Positions 31,297 to 39,320 of a stretch of 39,524 nucleotides of DNA are shown here, piece by piece. Each line of letters opens with the position of its first letter. The stretch's first letter is position 1. Origin of the DNA: a virus; the IMG/VR virus record IMGVR_UViG_3300045988_026467. One strand, 5' to 3'. Below the pieces are notes generated by a model, which made no database searches, was not told the DNA's origin, and was given only the letters and a program-made list of their open reading frames with translations. The position numbers and the translations under genes were made by a program.

Positions 31297-33113
31297 CGGT
31301 TCTCACCTCCGTTCTCTGTGTATTTTTCTTTCATGGCAAGCCATTCATTGACGAACTCATTTGCATCCGGCTTGTATTCGTCTTTCATTGCGAGTTTCCA
31401 TGCGTCGATAATCGCATCAATCGGGTCGATTCTGTCCTCGCTGATGTCCTTATCAATCTTGATTTCGCCGTAATTGTTCGAGATTGTCTTTGCGTTTGCG
31501 ATTGACCATGTGAGCAATTCATCGACCGGAACGACTTTCTTTCGTTCTTTTCCGGTCTCCACGCCCTCAATTTCAATATTGCCTGTGAGAATTTCCAGTC
31601 TGAAATCGACAGTCGCATCGTTCAATTCTTTCGCTGTCTGTGTGATAGAGATGGAATCCCATCCCATCGCCTCAAGGTCTGAGAGGAACGCCGATGCGTT
31701 GTGTGGGTCATAACAAATCATCTGAGGCTTGAGGTTGTATTCCTCAATGAGCATCTGCAAATATGACAAGATGTACTTGTAATCTGTCTTAATGCCTCCC
31801 AGTGTGTAGGTCGGTGTCACAAGACCTTTTTCAATCCATACGTCATATGGTACTTTGTCCGTCTTGATATGCTCGTCGACCCTGCTCGCAGGAATGAACG
31901 AGTGTGTCTTGACGAAATATTTCTTGTTTCCATCTTCATCCGTGAACGGAATGACGATGGCGATTGATGTGAGGTCACCGCCGGACGATAAGTCAACGCC
32001 GACATAACACTTTGAGCCTTTGAAATTCGCCAGTGTTTTGAGGACTGCAAGGCGTTTCCACTTCTTAATGTCCTTGATGTACTGGTGATTTGACCACTGA
32101 ATCCACTGATTCAACTGTTTGACAAGGAAATCTCTCAAGTCCTCGCCACCCATGTCCTTGGCAGTGGATGCAACCGGAATCATGTTCTCAAGAGCATCCA
32201 CATCGAACTCAAGAATCGGGTTCGCTTTTATCCAGTTTTCCGGTTTCCAAATGTCATCATCTTCATCCATCTGAGCGATGTATGCGAACTGTGCATCGTT
32301 CTCAAAAACTCCCTTGAGCAGATTGCAGCAATACTCATACAGTTTGTAACACGGCGACTTGAGGTCGAATCCTGCCGTCGTGATGACGGAAATCAATGCG
32401 GATTTCAATTTCTTGATACCACCCTCAAGCAGTTTATACATCTGATTTGTCTTGTGAGCATGGTACTCGTCGACAATTCCGAGGTATGGTCTGAAACCAT
32501 CCATTGACTTGGTGTCTCCGGATACTGCCTTGATGATTGAGTGTGTCAACAAGCAATCAATCGTGTTGTTATGCTCGTGAACCTTGAACCACTCCTGCAA
32601 CTCCTCGTCGCTGTTTATGAACTTGATGACCTCCTGCAATACAATGTTTGCTTGGTCTTGCTTTGTCGCAGTACAGAACACTTTGCCATATTTGTATCCG
32701 TCAAAATTGCCGTAAAACGCTGCAAGAATACCATTGATGAATGATTTTCCGTTCTGCCTGCCTAATTGAACATATGACGTTCTGAATCTTCTGTGATGGA
32801 TTCCCGTTTTCGGGTCTGCTGCTTTCTTTCTCCATCCATTCAGAGAGCCTAAAATGAAACACTGGAACGGGTAACATGTGACCTGTTCCTCCTCGTCGCC
32901 CTCTGCGATGACGAGTTCCTCTGCGAAATTGATGATTCTTTCTGACTGCTCGACATCAAAATAATAGATATAGGGTGCTGCTTTGGACTTCTCCAAATCA
33001 TCAAGATGCCTTTGACACGCCAGTCTGACGTATTCTCCGGCATTTATCTTCCCTGCGACGACGTCAACTGCGTACTGTGTGCAGCGGTCTACGGTTTCAA
33101 CTGTCTTTGCCAT
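31293..33113 (-). CDS. terL: Terminase large subunit
   Basis: 606 aa. Walker A-like VQLGRQNGKS. Nuclease-domain Asp motifs (VGVDLS, CYDPHN). Confidence 0.9.
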   Translation of the reverse strand: MAKTVETVDRCTQYAVDVVAGKINAGEYVRLACQRHLDDLEKSKAAPYIYYFDVEQSERIINFAEELVIAEGDEEEQVTCYPFQCFILGSLNGWRKKAADPKTGIHHRRFRTSYVQLGRQNGKSFINGILAAFYGNFDGYKYGKVFCTATKQDQANIVLQEVIKFINSDEELQEWFKVHEHNNTIDCLLTHSIIKAVSGDTKSMDGFRPYLGIVDEYHAHKTNQMYKLLEGGIKKLKSALISVITTAGFDLKSPCYKLYEYCCNLLKGVFENDAQFAYIAQMDEDDDIWKPENWIKANPILEFDVDALENMIPVASTAKDMGGEDLRDFLVKQLNQWIQWSNHQYIKDIKKWKRLAVLKTLANFKGSKCYVGVDLSSGGDLTSIAIVIPFTDEDGNKKYFVKTHSFIPASRVDEHIKTDKVPYDVWIEKGLVTPTYTLGGIKTDYKYILSYLQMLIEEYNLKPQMICYDPHNASAFLSDLEAMGWDSISITQTAKELNDATVDFRLEILTGNIEIEGVETGKERKKVVPVDELLTWSIANAKTISNNYGEIKIDKDISEDRIDPIDAIIDAWKLAMKDEYKPDANEFVNEWLAMKEKYTENGGENR

Positions 33114-33116
33114 AGT

Positions 33117-33656
33117 TTAGTTCGCATACTTTGCAAACTTATTCTCCGGTTTTGGCTGTTGTGCTTTTGGCACGACAATCCGGCATCTGCTTGATACCGT
33201 CAAACCGAAATCGCCTGCTCCCTGCCTGCACTGTTTCCAACATCTATCTTGAATTATCAAGAGACGCTCATGCTCTCCATTCACGACCTCTCGTTCTCCG
33301 ACCTGCACTTGAACTATCGTTCCGGTCTCCTCGTCTTTCTCAGACTTGAAAATCGGTATCATTTCAGTGAGTGGGATTTCTCCCAGTTTCTTGGTCACCT
33401 CAAGATATTTCTCTTGAGCAATCAGCAGTCTTGCGAGTGCGTCACAGTCCACATTCGCAATCAGTTTGATTTCGAGCAGTTCTTTCGCAAGTTTCCGGAA
33501 TTTCTTTTTGAGTTCCGGCGACAGATATGTCGGCGGTCTGACCTTGTCACTTGGTGCAGTGACCTCGGCGTTTTTTCGCTGCTCAATTTCTGCTTTTGTG
33601 AGGTGTTTTTTGCCTTTCAAAACCACCAAATCAGTGGGTTGTCTTGTTCCTGCCAT
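33117..33656 (-). CDS. terS: Terminase small subunit (P27-like)
   Basis: Start moved to MAGTRQPTDLVVLKGKKHLTKAE (ATG 33656), the typical P27-family N-terminus. Sits directly upstream of terL. Confidence 0.75.
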   Translation of the reverse strand: MAGTRQPTDLVVLKGKKHLTKAEIEQRKNAEVTAPSDKVRPPTYLSPELKKKFRKLAKELLEIKLIANVDCDALARLLIAQEKYLEVTKKLGEIPLTEMIPIFKSEKDEETGTIVQVQVGEREVVNGEHERLLIIQDRCWKQCRQGAGDFGLTVSSRCRIVVPKAQQPKPENKFAKYAN

Positions 33657-33784
33657 GCAACAACAAACCCCCTTTCCGTCTAGTGTTCGCCGATGTTGTG
33701 TCACATTCTGACACCCCTTTCGGATTTGACCCTCTACTGAAATTCTCGTGGGGAGTTTTCTCCGAACCGAATGGGGGGTGCGAC

Positions 33785-34372
33785 TTAGAAACGGTTACCG
33801 AAAACTTTTTCGATACCCCCTGCCTCTTTGAAATGACGTTCAATCACCTGCCGAATCCTCGCTTGTGTTGCTCTCATGCTTGCCTTGTCCTTTTTGTATA
33901 GTGCTGTGATAGTGTTGTGTGTCGCTATGCTTAAAGGTATAAGGTTCAAAGGATTGAGCCTCTGTTGCCAGTCCTCCTCAAGTTCTATGATGTGATGAAT
34001 CGGGTCTGATTCTTTGAGCGTTATCAACTCGCCCATCTCGTACAGTGCATAGATGTCAATGTAATCATAGACACTCATAATCACCGGACGAATCTCTCGC
34101 CATTCCTTTGACACATAGAACTCTGCTGCTCTTTGGTCTCTCCGTGTGTTGTTATATATCACATGCCTCGACTGCTCTCGTTCCTCACACTGCTCACACA
34201 GTCTCATGGTCTGCGGTATCAACTTCCCACACCTGCACACTTTGTATAGCAAACTCTCACCCCTTTCATTGCCTGCTGCCTGTTGTCTCTTTATATAGGG
34301 CAGTGGTTTCACATGGTGTCCTGCTGCCCCGATAACAGGAGGGCGAACAGGGCAAGAAAAAAGCGACTGCAT
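33785..34372 (-). CDS. Terminase-associated HNH endonuclease
   Basis: CRCGKLIPQ...CEQCE zinc ribbon, then DPIHHIIELEED...LNLIPLSIATHN (H-N-H). The start is uncertain: ATG 34372 has AAGGAG 11 nt upstream. Confidence 0.75.
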   Translation of the reverse strand: MQSLFSCPVRPPVIGAAGHHVKPLPYIKRQQAAGNERGESLLYKVCRCGKLIPQTMRLCEQCEEREQSRHVIYNNTRRDQRAAEFYVSKEWREIRPVIMSVYDYIDIYALYEMGELITLKESDPIHHIIELEEDWQQRLNPLNLIPLSIATHNTITALYKKDKASMRATQARIRQVIERHFKEAGGIEKVFGNRF

Positions 34373-34407
34373 CTCTGCAATCGCTCCTTACAACTGTTCA
34401 CGCTACT

Positions 34408-34416
34408 ATATTACCA
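34408..34416 (-). promoter_or_regulatory. Candidate late promoter (extended -10, no -35)
   Basis: The minus strand reads TGGTAATAT, 28 nt downstream of the CGTGAAAA repeat array and about 35 nt upstream of the HNH start. Confidence 0.45.
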
Positions 34417-34443
34417 CTTGAAAACGACCTTTTGTTCCCCATC

Positions 34444-34495
34444 TTTTCACGGCATTTTCACGCACTTTTCACGGCATTTTCACGCCCTTTTCACG
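34444..34495. repeat. Five direct repeats TTTTCACG (minus strand CGTGAAAA) at exactly 11-bp period
   Basis: Copies start at 34444, 34455, 34466, 34477 and 34488. Confidence 0.9.
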
Positions 34496-34514
34496 ATATT
34501 CCTGCAAATATTTG

Positions 34515-34934
34515 CTATTTATCAATAGCCTTTGCACCGAATAATTTGATTGATAACCGCTCAACCATAGTCTTGCACCACTGTTTCGGTGCATTCTTTC
34601 CGCAGTTCCATTTGTCTCTGATGTCCTCGTATGTCTTGCCCTCAATGTATTTCATCTTGAGAGCATCGAACTTGTACTCCTCACCTGCTGCATTCGCCTC
34701 TTTCTCCAATGCCTCAAGGCTCTTGTTGATATGCTGAAACAGGATGACCGTCTCTGCCTTACATTCTCGAATGGACTTGAGGAACGCTTTCTCTGCCGAT
34801 ATGTTGTAGAGTTCTGCATTCTCCACCTGCGAGGTTTCACTGACCGCCTCCGATATATACCTCTGCATCTCGTTGTAGTTCTCAAGATACATATATGTTT
34901 TATCAATGACGGTGACTGTTGCCTGCTCTGCCAT
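34515..34934 (-). CDS. ArpU/RinA-like late transcriptional regulator (sigma region-4-like HTH)
   Basis: 139 aa, last gene before the packaging module. C-terminal YIEGKTYEDIRDKWNCGKNAPKQWCKTMVERL resembles a sigma-70 region 4 HTH. Confidence 0.55.
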   Translation of the reverse strand: MAEQATVTVIDKTYMYLENYNEMQRYISEAVSETSQVENAELYNISAEKAFLKSIRECKAETVILFQHINKSLEALEKEANAAGEEYKFDALKMKYIEGKTYEDIRDKWNCGKNAPKQWCKTMVERLSIKLFGAKAIDK

Positions 34935-35277
34935 TCCTGTTCCCTCCCTTTCTTCTCATAGGCAATCCGTGCATCTTTCGCCAGTTGTTTGATTCCCTGC
35001 GGACTGCTGCCTCAAGTGATGCTCTGCCTGCTGCTGATATGACCACACTCACCGGAGGATGCTGTCTGTTGTATTCATCCATTTCGTCGACGGGTGGCAT
35101 ATCTCTCAAATAGTCGTTTTCCTTTTTCCATACGGTTTCCGGCTCTGAATCCCGTTTCGCCCTGTTGACTGTTGCTTTGTCTGCTGCCTGCTCGACTATC
35201 GCCTCGATTTCCTTTTCGCTCTTTCCTGTTGCTCTCAGTCCTTTGACCATATCTGTCAGAACGTCAATCCATCCCAC
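34903..35277 (-). CDS. Hypothetical protein (124 aa, GTG start)
   Basis: ORF track. AAAGGGGAA lies 5 nt before GTG 35277. The 3' end overlaps the next gene by 32 nt. Confidence 0.55.
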   Translation of the reverse strand: MGWIDVLTDMVKGLRATGKSEKEIEAIVEQAADKATVNRAKRDSEPETVWKKENDYLRDMPPVDEMDEYNRQHPPVSVVISAAGRASLEAAVRRESNNWRKMHGLPMRRKGGNRNGRAGNSHRH

Positions 35278-35292
35278 ATCAATTCCCCTTTC

Positions 35293-35724
35293 TTAGTTGA
35301 ACGGCAATTCCTCGTCGATGCCGTCCGGTATATTCATAAACCCGTCGTTATCTGTCGGGTGTTCTTGCGACTGCTGCCTGTTTCCGGATGATTCTCCCTT
35401 GCTCTCAGCGAACTCCTGCTCCTCGATTACCACGTCAGTGGTATATACTTTCTGACCGTCTCTATTGGTGTATGAGCCTGTTTGAATGCGTCCGGTGATT
35501 ACTACTTTCATGCCTTTCTTGAAATACTTCTCAGCAAATTCTCCGGTTCGTCCAAATGCCACGCACCCGATGAAATCTGCTGACTGCTGCCCGTCTCTAT
35601 TTCCACGACGGTCGACTGCCAGTGTATAGCGTGTGATGCACATGGATTCCTGTGAACTGTTGCTCTGTGTGTATCGTGATTCGGGGTCTCTTGTCAATCG
35701 CCCCATCAATATGACCTTATTCAT
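35293..35724 (-). CDS. ssb: Single-stranded DNA-binding protein
   Basis: MNKVILMGRLTRDPE...VVITGRIQTGSYTNRDGQKVYTTDVV (OB fold), with the acidic tip DGIDEELPFN. Confidence 0.9.
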   Translation of the reverse strand: MNKVILMGRLTRDPESRYTQSNSSQESMCITRYTLAVDRRGNRDGQQSADFIGCVAFGRTGEFAEKYFKKGMKVVITGRIQTGSYTNRDGQKVYTTDVVIEEQEFAESKGESSGNRQQSQEHPTDNDGFMNIPDGIDEELPFN

Positions 35725-35741
35725 GAATATCCTCTCTTTTC

Positions 35742-35909
35742 TCAATCCTGTCTGTGATTGCCGTTGTTGATGTCCTGTCTGTTGCTCTTATCCTTGCCTA
35801 TCTGTCCGAATGCCTTTACCAGTTCCACCAAAAAGGCAAGCAATACCGTCAAGACAATCAGTCCGACCACGATTCCGATTCCGGTCAATATCATGCTCAA
35901 TATGCTCAT
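35742..35909 (-). CDS. Small membrane protein (55 aa)
   Basis: Own translation: MSILSMILTGIGIVVGLIVLTVLLAFLVELVKAFGQIGKDKSNRQDINNGNHRQD. Strong RBS AAGAGGAGGAG. Confidence 0.55.
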   Translation of the reverse strand: MSILSMILTGIGIVVGLIVLTVLLAFLVELVKAFGQIGKDKSNRQDINNGNHRQD

Positions 35910-35923
35910 TTCTTCTCCTCCTC

Positions 35924-36481
35924 TTATGCGTGATTATTGAGTTCTTTTGAGAGGTTGAAAAATTTCTCTTTGAACTCCTCATTGCTGCCATTCATGCAGG
36001 TTTCAAACATGTCCTCGTAGAGTTCACGGCTCTCGCAGATGAATCTCTGCTGTCCGATGGTGTATCTATTCTTGAAAAACTGTTCTTTGAATCCCTCAAG
36101 GATGACAGTCCATGAATCTCTCTGTTTTTGGTCGACATCCGGATATTTGTCGAGCATCCGGTTCACGACCGTGTCAACTGCCTCAGAAATGACCTTTTTC
36201 CAATCCGGACGGTCTTGCAGCAGGAGGAACTCAATATCTGCGAATGTGTCGCCTGCTGCCACTGCTGTGATGCGAATGTCTTTCTTTCCCTTGGCTGCCA
36301 CAAGAATCAAGTCCTCGTCATAGGCTGCACGATAGTATTTCAGTTTCTCCTCGAAATTCTCTGCCGGATTGATGATGATTTCCGGTTGACTGCTGCCCTC
36401 TGTCTGAATAGCCACACCGATGTATCCGGCATGTGCAGCAATCGCCTTTTTGAATATGTCTGCAAACTCTTTTTTTCGCAT
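35924..36481 (-). CDS. Hypothetical protein (185 aa)
   Basis: ORF track. RBS GAGGAG. No motif recognised. Confidence 0.6.
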   Translation of the reverse strand: MRKKEFADIFKKAIAAHAGYIGVAIQTEGSSQPEIIINPAENFEEKLKYYRAAYDEDLILVAAKGKKDIRITAVAAGDTFADIEFLLLQDRPDWKKVISEAVDTVVNRMLDKYPDVDQKQRDSWTVILEGFKEQFFKNRYTIGQQRFICESRELYEDMFETCMNGSNEEFKEKFFNLSKELNNHA

Positions 36482-36497
36482 TTCGTCATTCTCCTCT

Positions 36498-37097
36498 CTA
36501 TGATGCCATCACTTTGGCGAGCAGGCTCTCGTATAACTGTTTGAATGTGTCTCGTTCGGTCTCAAGTCGAATCATGCTCTCCTGTGATGCACTTTGTTCC
36601 ACTTTCTTATTTTCCTCGACATGCACTGCTGCTTCCTGTTCAATCTCTGCGATTGCATCCTCATACTCCTGCTGCAAATCAGCAATCTCTGCCTTGAGAC
36701 GTTCAATCTCGTCATTCTGCTGTTTTATGGTCTCGTTGTACTGCTTTGAGGTCTTGGTGTCTCCGTCCAGTGCAAGGGAAATCATGAGAGCGATGTCAAT
36801 GTTCTTTTGCTCCTGCTCTGATACCTGTCCGATATATCCTGCGATTCTATCCACGGATACAGAAACAATCTGCTCGCATAATACAGTTGAGACTCTGCCC
36901 GTGCTCCGGATGACCGTATGTGTCGGCAGGTCTGTCTTTGGCTGAGTGGTCAAATATACCACCTCGACCACTCCACTGTTTTCATTGTTCTTTTCATTGC
37001 TGACGATGACCGCCGGACGGTCTGCCTGCTGCTCATGACCGTATGACACCCCCCCTCTGCTGATATAATAGATTTCACCTCTATGCAAATCATTCAT
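36498..37097 (-). CDS. MazF/PemK-like domain fused to a ~90-aa C-terminal coiled coil
   Basis: Start moved to MNDLHRGEIYYI (ATG 37097). RGEIYYISRGG...ADRPAVIVSNEKNN...VVEVVYLTTQPK...STVLCEQIVSVSVDRI fits the PemK pattern (GdIy..d....G.E....RPvvVvS.d..N.....v.v.plTs......s.v...Qi.tvdk.Rl). Confidence 0.65.
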   Translation of the reverse strand: MNDLHRGEIYYISRGGVSYGHEQQADRPAVIVSNEKNNENSGVVEVVYLTTQPKTDLPTHTVIRSTGRVSTVLCEQIVSVSVDRIAGYIGQVSEQEQKNIDIALMISLALDGDTKTSKQYNETIKQQNDEIERLKAEIADLQQEYEDAIAEIEQEAAVHVEENKKVEQSASQESMIRLETERDTFKQLYESLLAKVMAS

Positions 37098-38496
37098 TGT
37101 CCTTTTCCTCCTGTTCTGCCACTTCGATTCCTGCCACGGATACGAGTTTCGTTCCCATGATGCAATATCCATCCTCAAGTCCGGTATAATTCTCAAGCAG
37201 GTATGTTACAAGCACTCTCACGGAGCGTCCTGTGTTCTTTCCGTCCTTGAACTCCATCATCTCAAGGATGTCGCCTTTTTTATAGCCTCTATCATTCTTC
37301 CGGAGTTCAAATGTCTTTTCTCCGGATGCAACCTCCTCAAAAGATGTCGCTCCCAGTTTAATGTGATGCACTTTCTGACCGTTCTCCTGTGTGTCTGACG
37401 GGAGGTTGTTCATCTTCTCCTCCTCTGCCTGTTCACGGAGTTTCTTTTTTGTCTCACGGTCGATTGCATCCTGCTCCTCGTTATATCTCTGCTCCTCGGT
37501 CTTGTAAGCCTCTGCACGGTTCTTGTACTGGTCGCATGAGGTACATGTTCCGGTCTTTACGTTGCAAGTCTCGTATTCGGTGCAGGAATAACACAGAGAG
37601 GTGATTCCCTCCGGATGCGGTGTCTGATAGTCGTCGCCTGCTGCCGTCTCGGTCTTTTCTCCGGAGGTGTCTGAATCTGACACCTGTTCCTCTGCCTCTC
37701 CGATAACCTCGCCGTGATATGAGAGCGGTGTTTCCTGCTCTGCTGTGGTCTCGCCTGCTGCCTTTGCCTCTTTCATGCCCTTGACCTCTTTGTATGAGAG
37801 TTCTCCGGTCTCCATGTATTTTCCCAGTGCCTCACGCTGTTCCTCTGCCGACATCCCACTGAGTTCGTATGCAGCGGAAAACGTGAGACGTTCCTTTGTG
37901 AGTTCCTCTCTGAACTCCGGAATCAGATTGTTGCTGACGCTCTCCATCTGTGCAATCTTGGTCTTTGATGTCTTGAGCATCGTGGCGATGACATCTCTCA
38001 GTCTGCCGGATTGCAGGTCATATCCCTTGATTGTGCCTCCTGCTGCCTTTATACGCTCAAGGGATGCCTTGAGACGCTGTTCCTCCTCGATTAAGTCCTT
38101 GACGCTCTTGATTCGGTATGCGTTGGCGATGATGATTTCCACCTGCTCCTCGTCCGAATCCTGTGGCGTTGTCAGTTTGCAGGTCGCCATCTCAAACTCT
38201 TTGTATCCCTTTTCGACGAGCATCTTGAGAGCGAGCCATCTGCGTTCTCCTGCGATGATTCTATATTCGCCCTGCTCATTCGGCTCATAGACGAGTTCGA
38301 GGTTCTGTTTCAATCCGTACATGAGGATTTCTCCTGCCAGTTCCTCGATGCCACTGAGGTCATAGAAATTCATTGTATTCCGGTACATCTTGAAAATTGA
38401 AATGTCTCTCGTTCTGAATCTCGCTCTCGGTGTCTCGTCAATGCCTGCTTTTGTATTCTTATTCAGTGCATCCATCACACTATATCCTGTTGCCAT
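37090..38496 (-). CDS. ParB N-terminal-domain protein fused to a Cys-rich linker and a C-terminal DUF3850/ASCH-like domain
   Basis: 468 aa. YRIIAGERRWLALKML (ParB GERR box). CYSCTEYETCNVKTGTCTSC. HHIKLGATSFEEVASGEKTFELRKNDRGYKKGDILEMMEF fits the DUF3850 pattern. Confidence 0.7.
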   Translation of the reverse strand: MATGYSVMDALNKNTKAGIDETPRARFRTRDISIFKMYRNTMNFYDLSGIEELAGEILMYGLKQNLELVYEPNEQGEYRIIAGERRWLALKMLVEKGYKEFEMATCKLTTPQDSDEEQVEIIIANAYRIKSVKDLIEEEQRLKASLERIKAAGGTIKGYDLQSGRLRDVIATMLKTSKTKIAQMESVSNNLIPEFREELTKERLTFSAAYELSGMSAEEQREALGKYMETGELSYKEVKGMKEAKAAGETTAEQETPLSYHGEVIGEAEEQVSDSDTSGEKTETAAGDDYQTPHPEGITSLCYSCTEYETCNVKTGTCTSCDQYKNRAEAYKTEEQRYNEEQDAIDRETKKKLREQAEEEKMNNLPSDTQENGQKVHHIKLGATSFEEVASGEKTFELRKNDRGYKKGDILEMMEFKDGKNTGRSVRVLVTYLLENYTGLEDGYCIMGTKLVSVAGIEVAEQEEKDNE

Positions 38497-38511
38497 GTCT
38501 GTTCCTCCTGT

Positions 38512-38907
38512 TTATTCGGTCAATTTCTGTTTCTTGGTTTCGGTGCGTTCCACATTGATTTCACCCTTGGCATTCTGAGAAACCGATGCCTTGACCCCCC
38601 CCCCTCTGAGGTTCAACGTGACCTTTGCCAGTCCTCCGGTGTATATCTCCTCGACTGCTGCCGACAATATGCTCACAATCTCCTCGCCGACACGTTTCTC
38701 CGGTGCTGCATCCTGTCCGAACAGGACGGAGACGTTTTTCAATGCTTTCTCTTTTCTCTGCTTTTCTTTCTGATACTCGACCGCCTGCTCGCAGGTGCAT
38801 CTCATTGTTGCCTCCTCTGCGAGTTGAGGAGATGTCAAACTCTCCTCGGTTTCGATTGCTATTGTCTGACCGCAAAATCTGCACGCTCCCGTGTTCAACT
38901 TACTCAT
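38512..38907 (-). CDS. Hypothetical protein (131 aa) with an N-terminal Cys cluster; contains a G10 tract
   Basis: ORF track. RBS AGGAGG. CRFCGQ...CTCEQ. Confidence 0.6.
   Translation of the reverse strand: MSKLNTGACRFCGQTIAIETEESLTSPQLAEEATMRCTCEQAVEYQKEKQRKEKALKNVSVLFGQDAAPEKRVGEEIVSILSAAVEEIYTGGLAKVTLNLRGGGVKASVSQNAKGEINVERTETKKQKLTE
38595..38604. repeat. Homopolymer C10 (G10 on the coding strand) inside CDS 38512..38907
   Basis: ttgaCCCCCCCCCCtctgag, encoding RGGGV. Confidence 0.95.
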
Positions 38908-39181
38908 TTTCGTTTTCCTCCTTTGCCTTTACTGCCTCCTGCCTCTTTTTCAACTCCTCTTTCGCCAGTGGAATGAAATCTTGCAGGTCGTCGATTCTTT
39001 TCTCATAGTTCTCGTATGCCTTGACTGCATTATCACGTTGCCATTTCAAAAATACCCGTTTCTGAGAGTTTTCCTTTTCTCTCAACTCTCTTTCCGCTGC
39101 TTCGATTGCATCGCTCAACCCTCCGGAGAACGTGAATGTCTTTCCACCGCCTTTTGATTTCTTCGTCCTCATTCCTGCCAT
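38900..39181 (-). CDS. Hypothetical coiled-coil protein (93 aa)
   Basis: Start moved to MAGMRTKK (ATG 39181) with AAAGAGGTG 5 nt upstream. The track ORF extends to 39463, which would overlap the methyltransferase 3' end. Confidence 0.5.
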   Translation of the reverse strand: MAGMRTKKSKGGGKTFTFSGGLSDAIEAAERELREKENSQKRVFLKWQRDNAVKAYENYEKRIDDLQDFIPLAKEELKKRQEAVKAKEENENE

Positions 39182-39320
39182 GTTTGCACCTCTTTTTCTC
39201 TCAAAATCAAATCCGGACACCCATCGCACTGCTGCCCGTTTTCCTCGCATTGCTCCTGCTACACTTCTGTGACATCTCTGAGTGGCTTTTCGTACCATCT
39301 GCAAAATGCCTCGTTTTTCA

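Noticed and set aside
33657-33784. Possible cos site in the HNH-terS gap (G-rich run GGGGGGTGCGAC at about 33771 and a GTGTCA/TGACAC hairpin)
   Set aside because: There is only a vague resemblance to known cohesive-end sequences. Physical ends cannot be inferred without terminus mapping.
34444-34495. Short direct-repeat arrays (5 x 11 bp here, 2 x 23 bp at 8417..8469) considered as CRISPR
   Set aside because: The repeat units are too short and contiguous, with no unique spacers of CRISPR size. No cas genes are present.
35758-35991. Track ORFs 35758..35940 (+) and 35788..35991 (-)
   Set aside because: A third-frame 55-aa minus ORF (35742..35909) has a strong AAGAGGAGGAG RBS and a clean TM helix. 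The two track ORFs lack RBSs and have Arg/Ser-rich composition.
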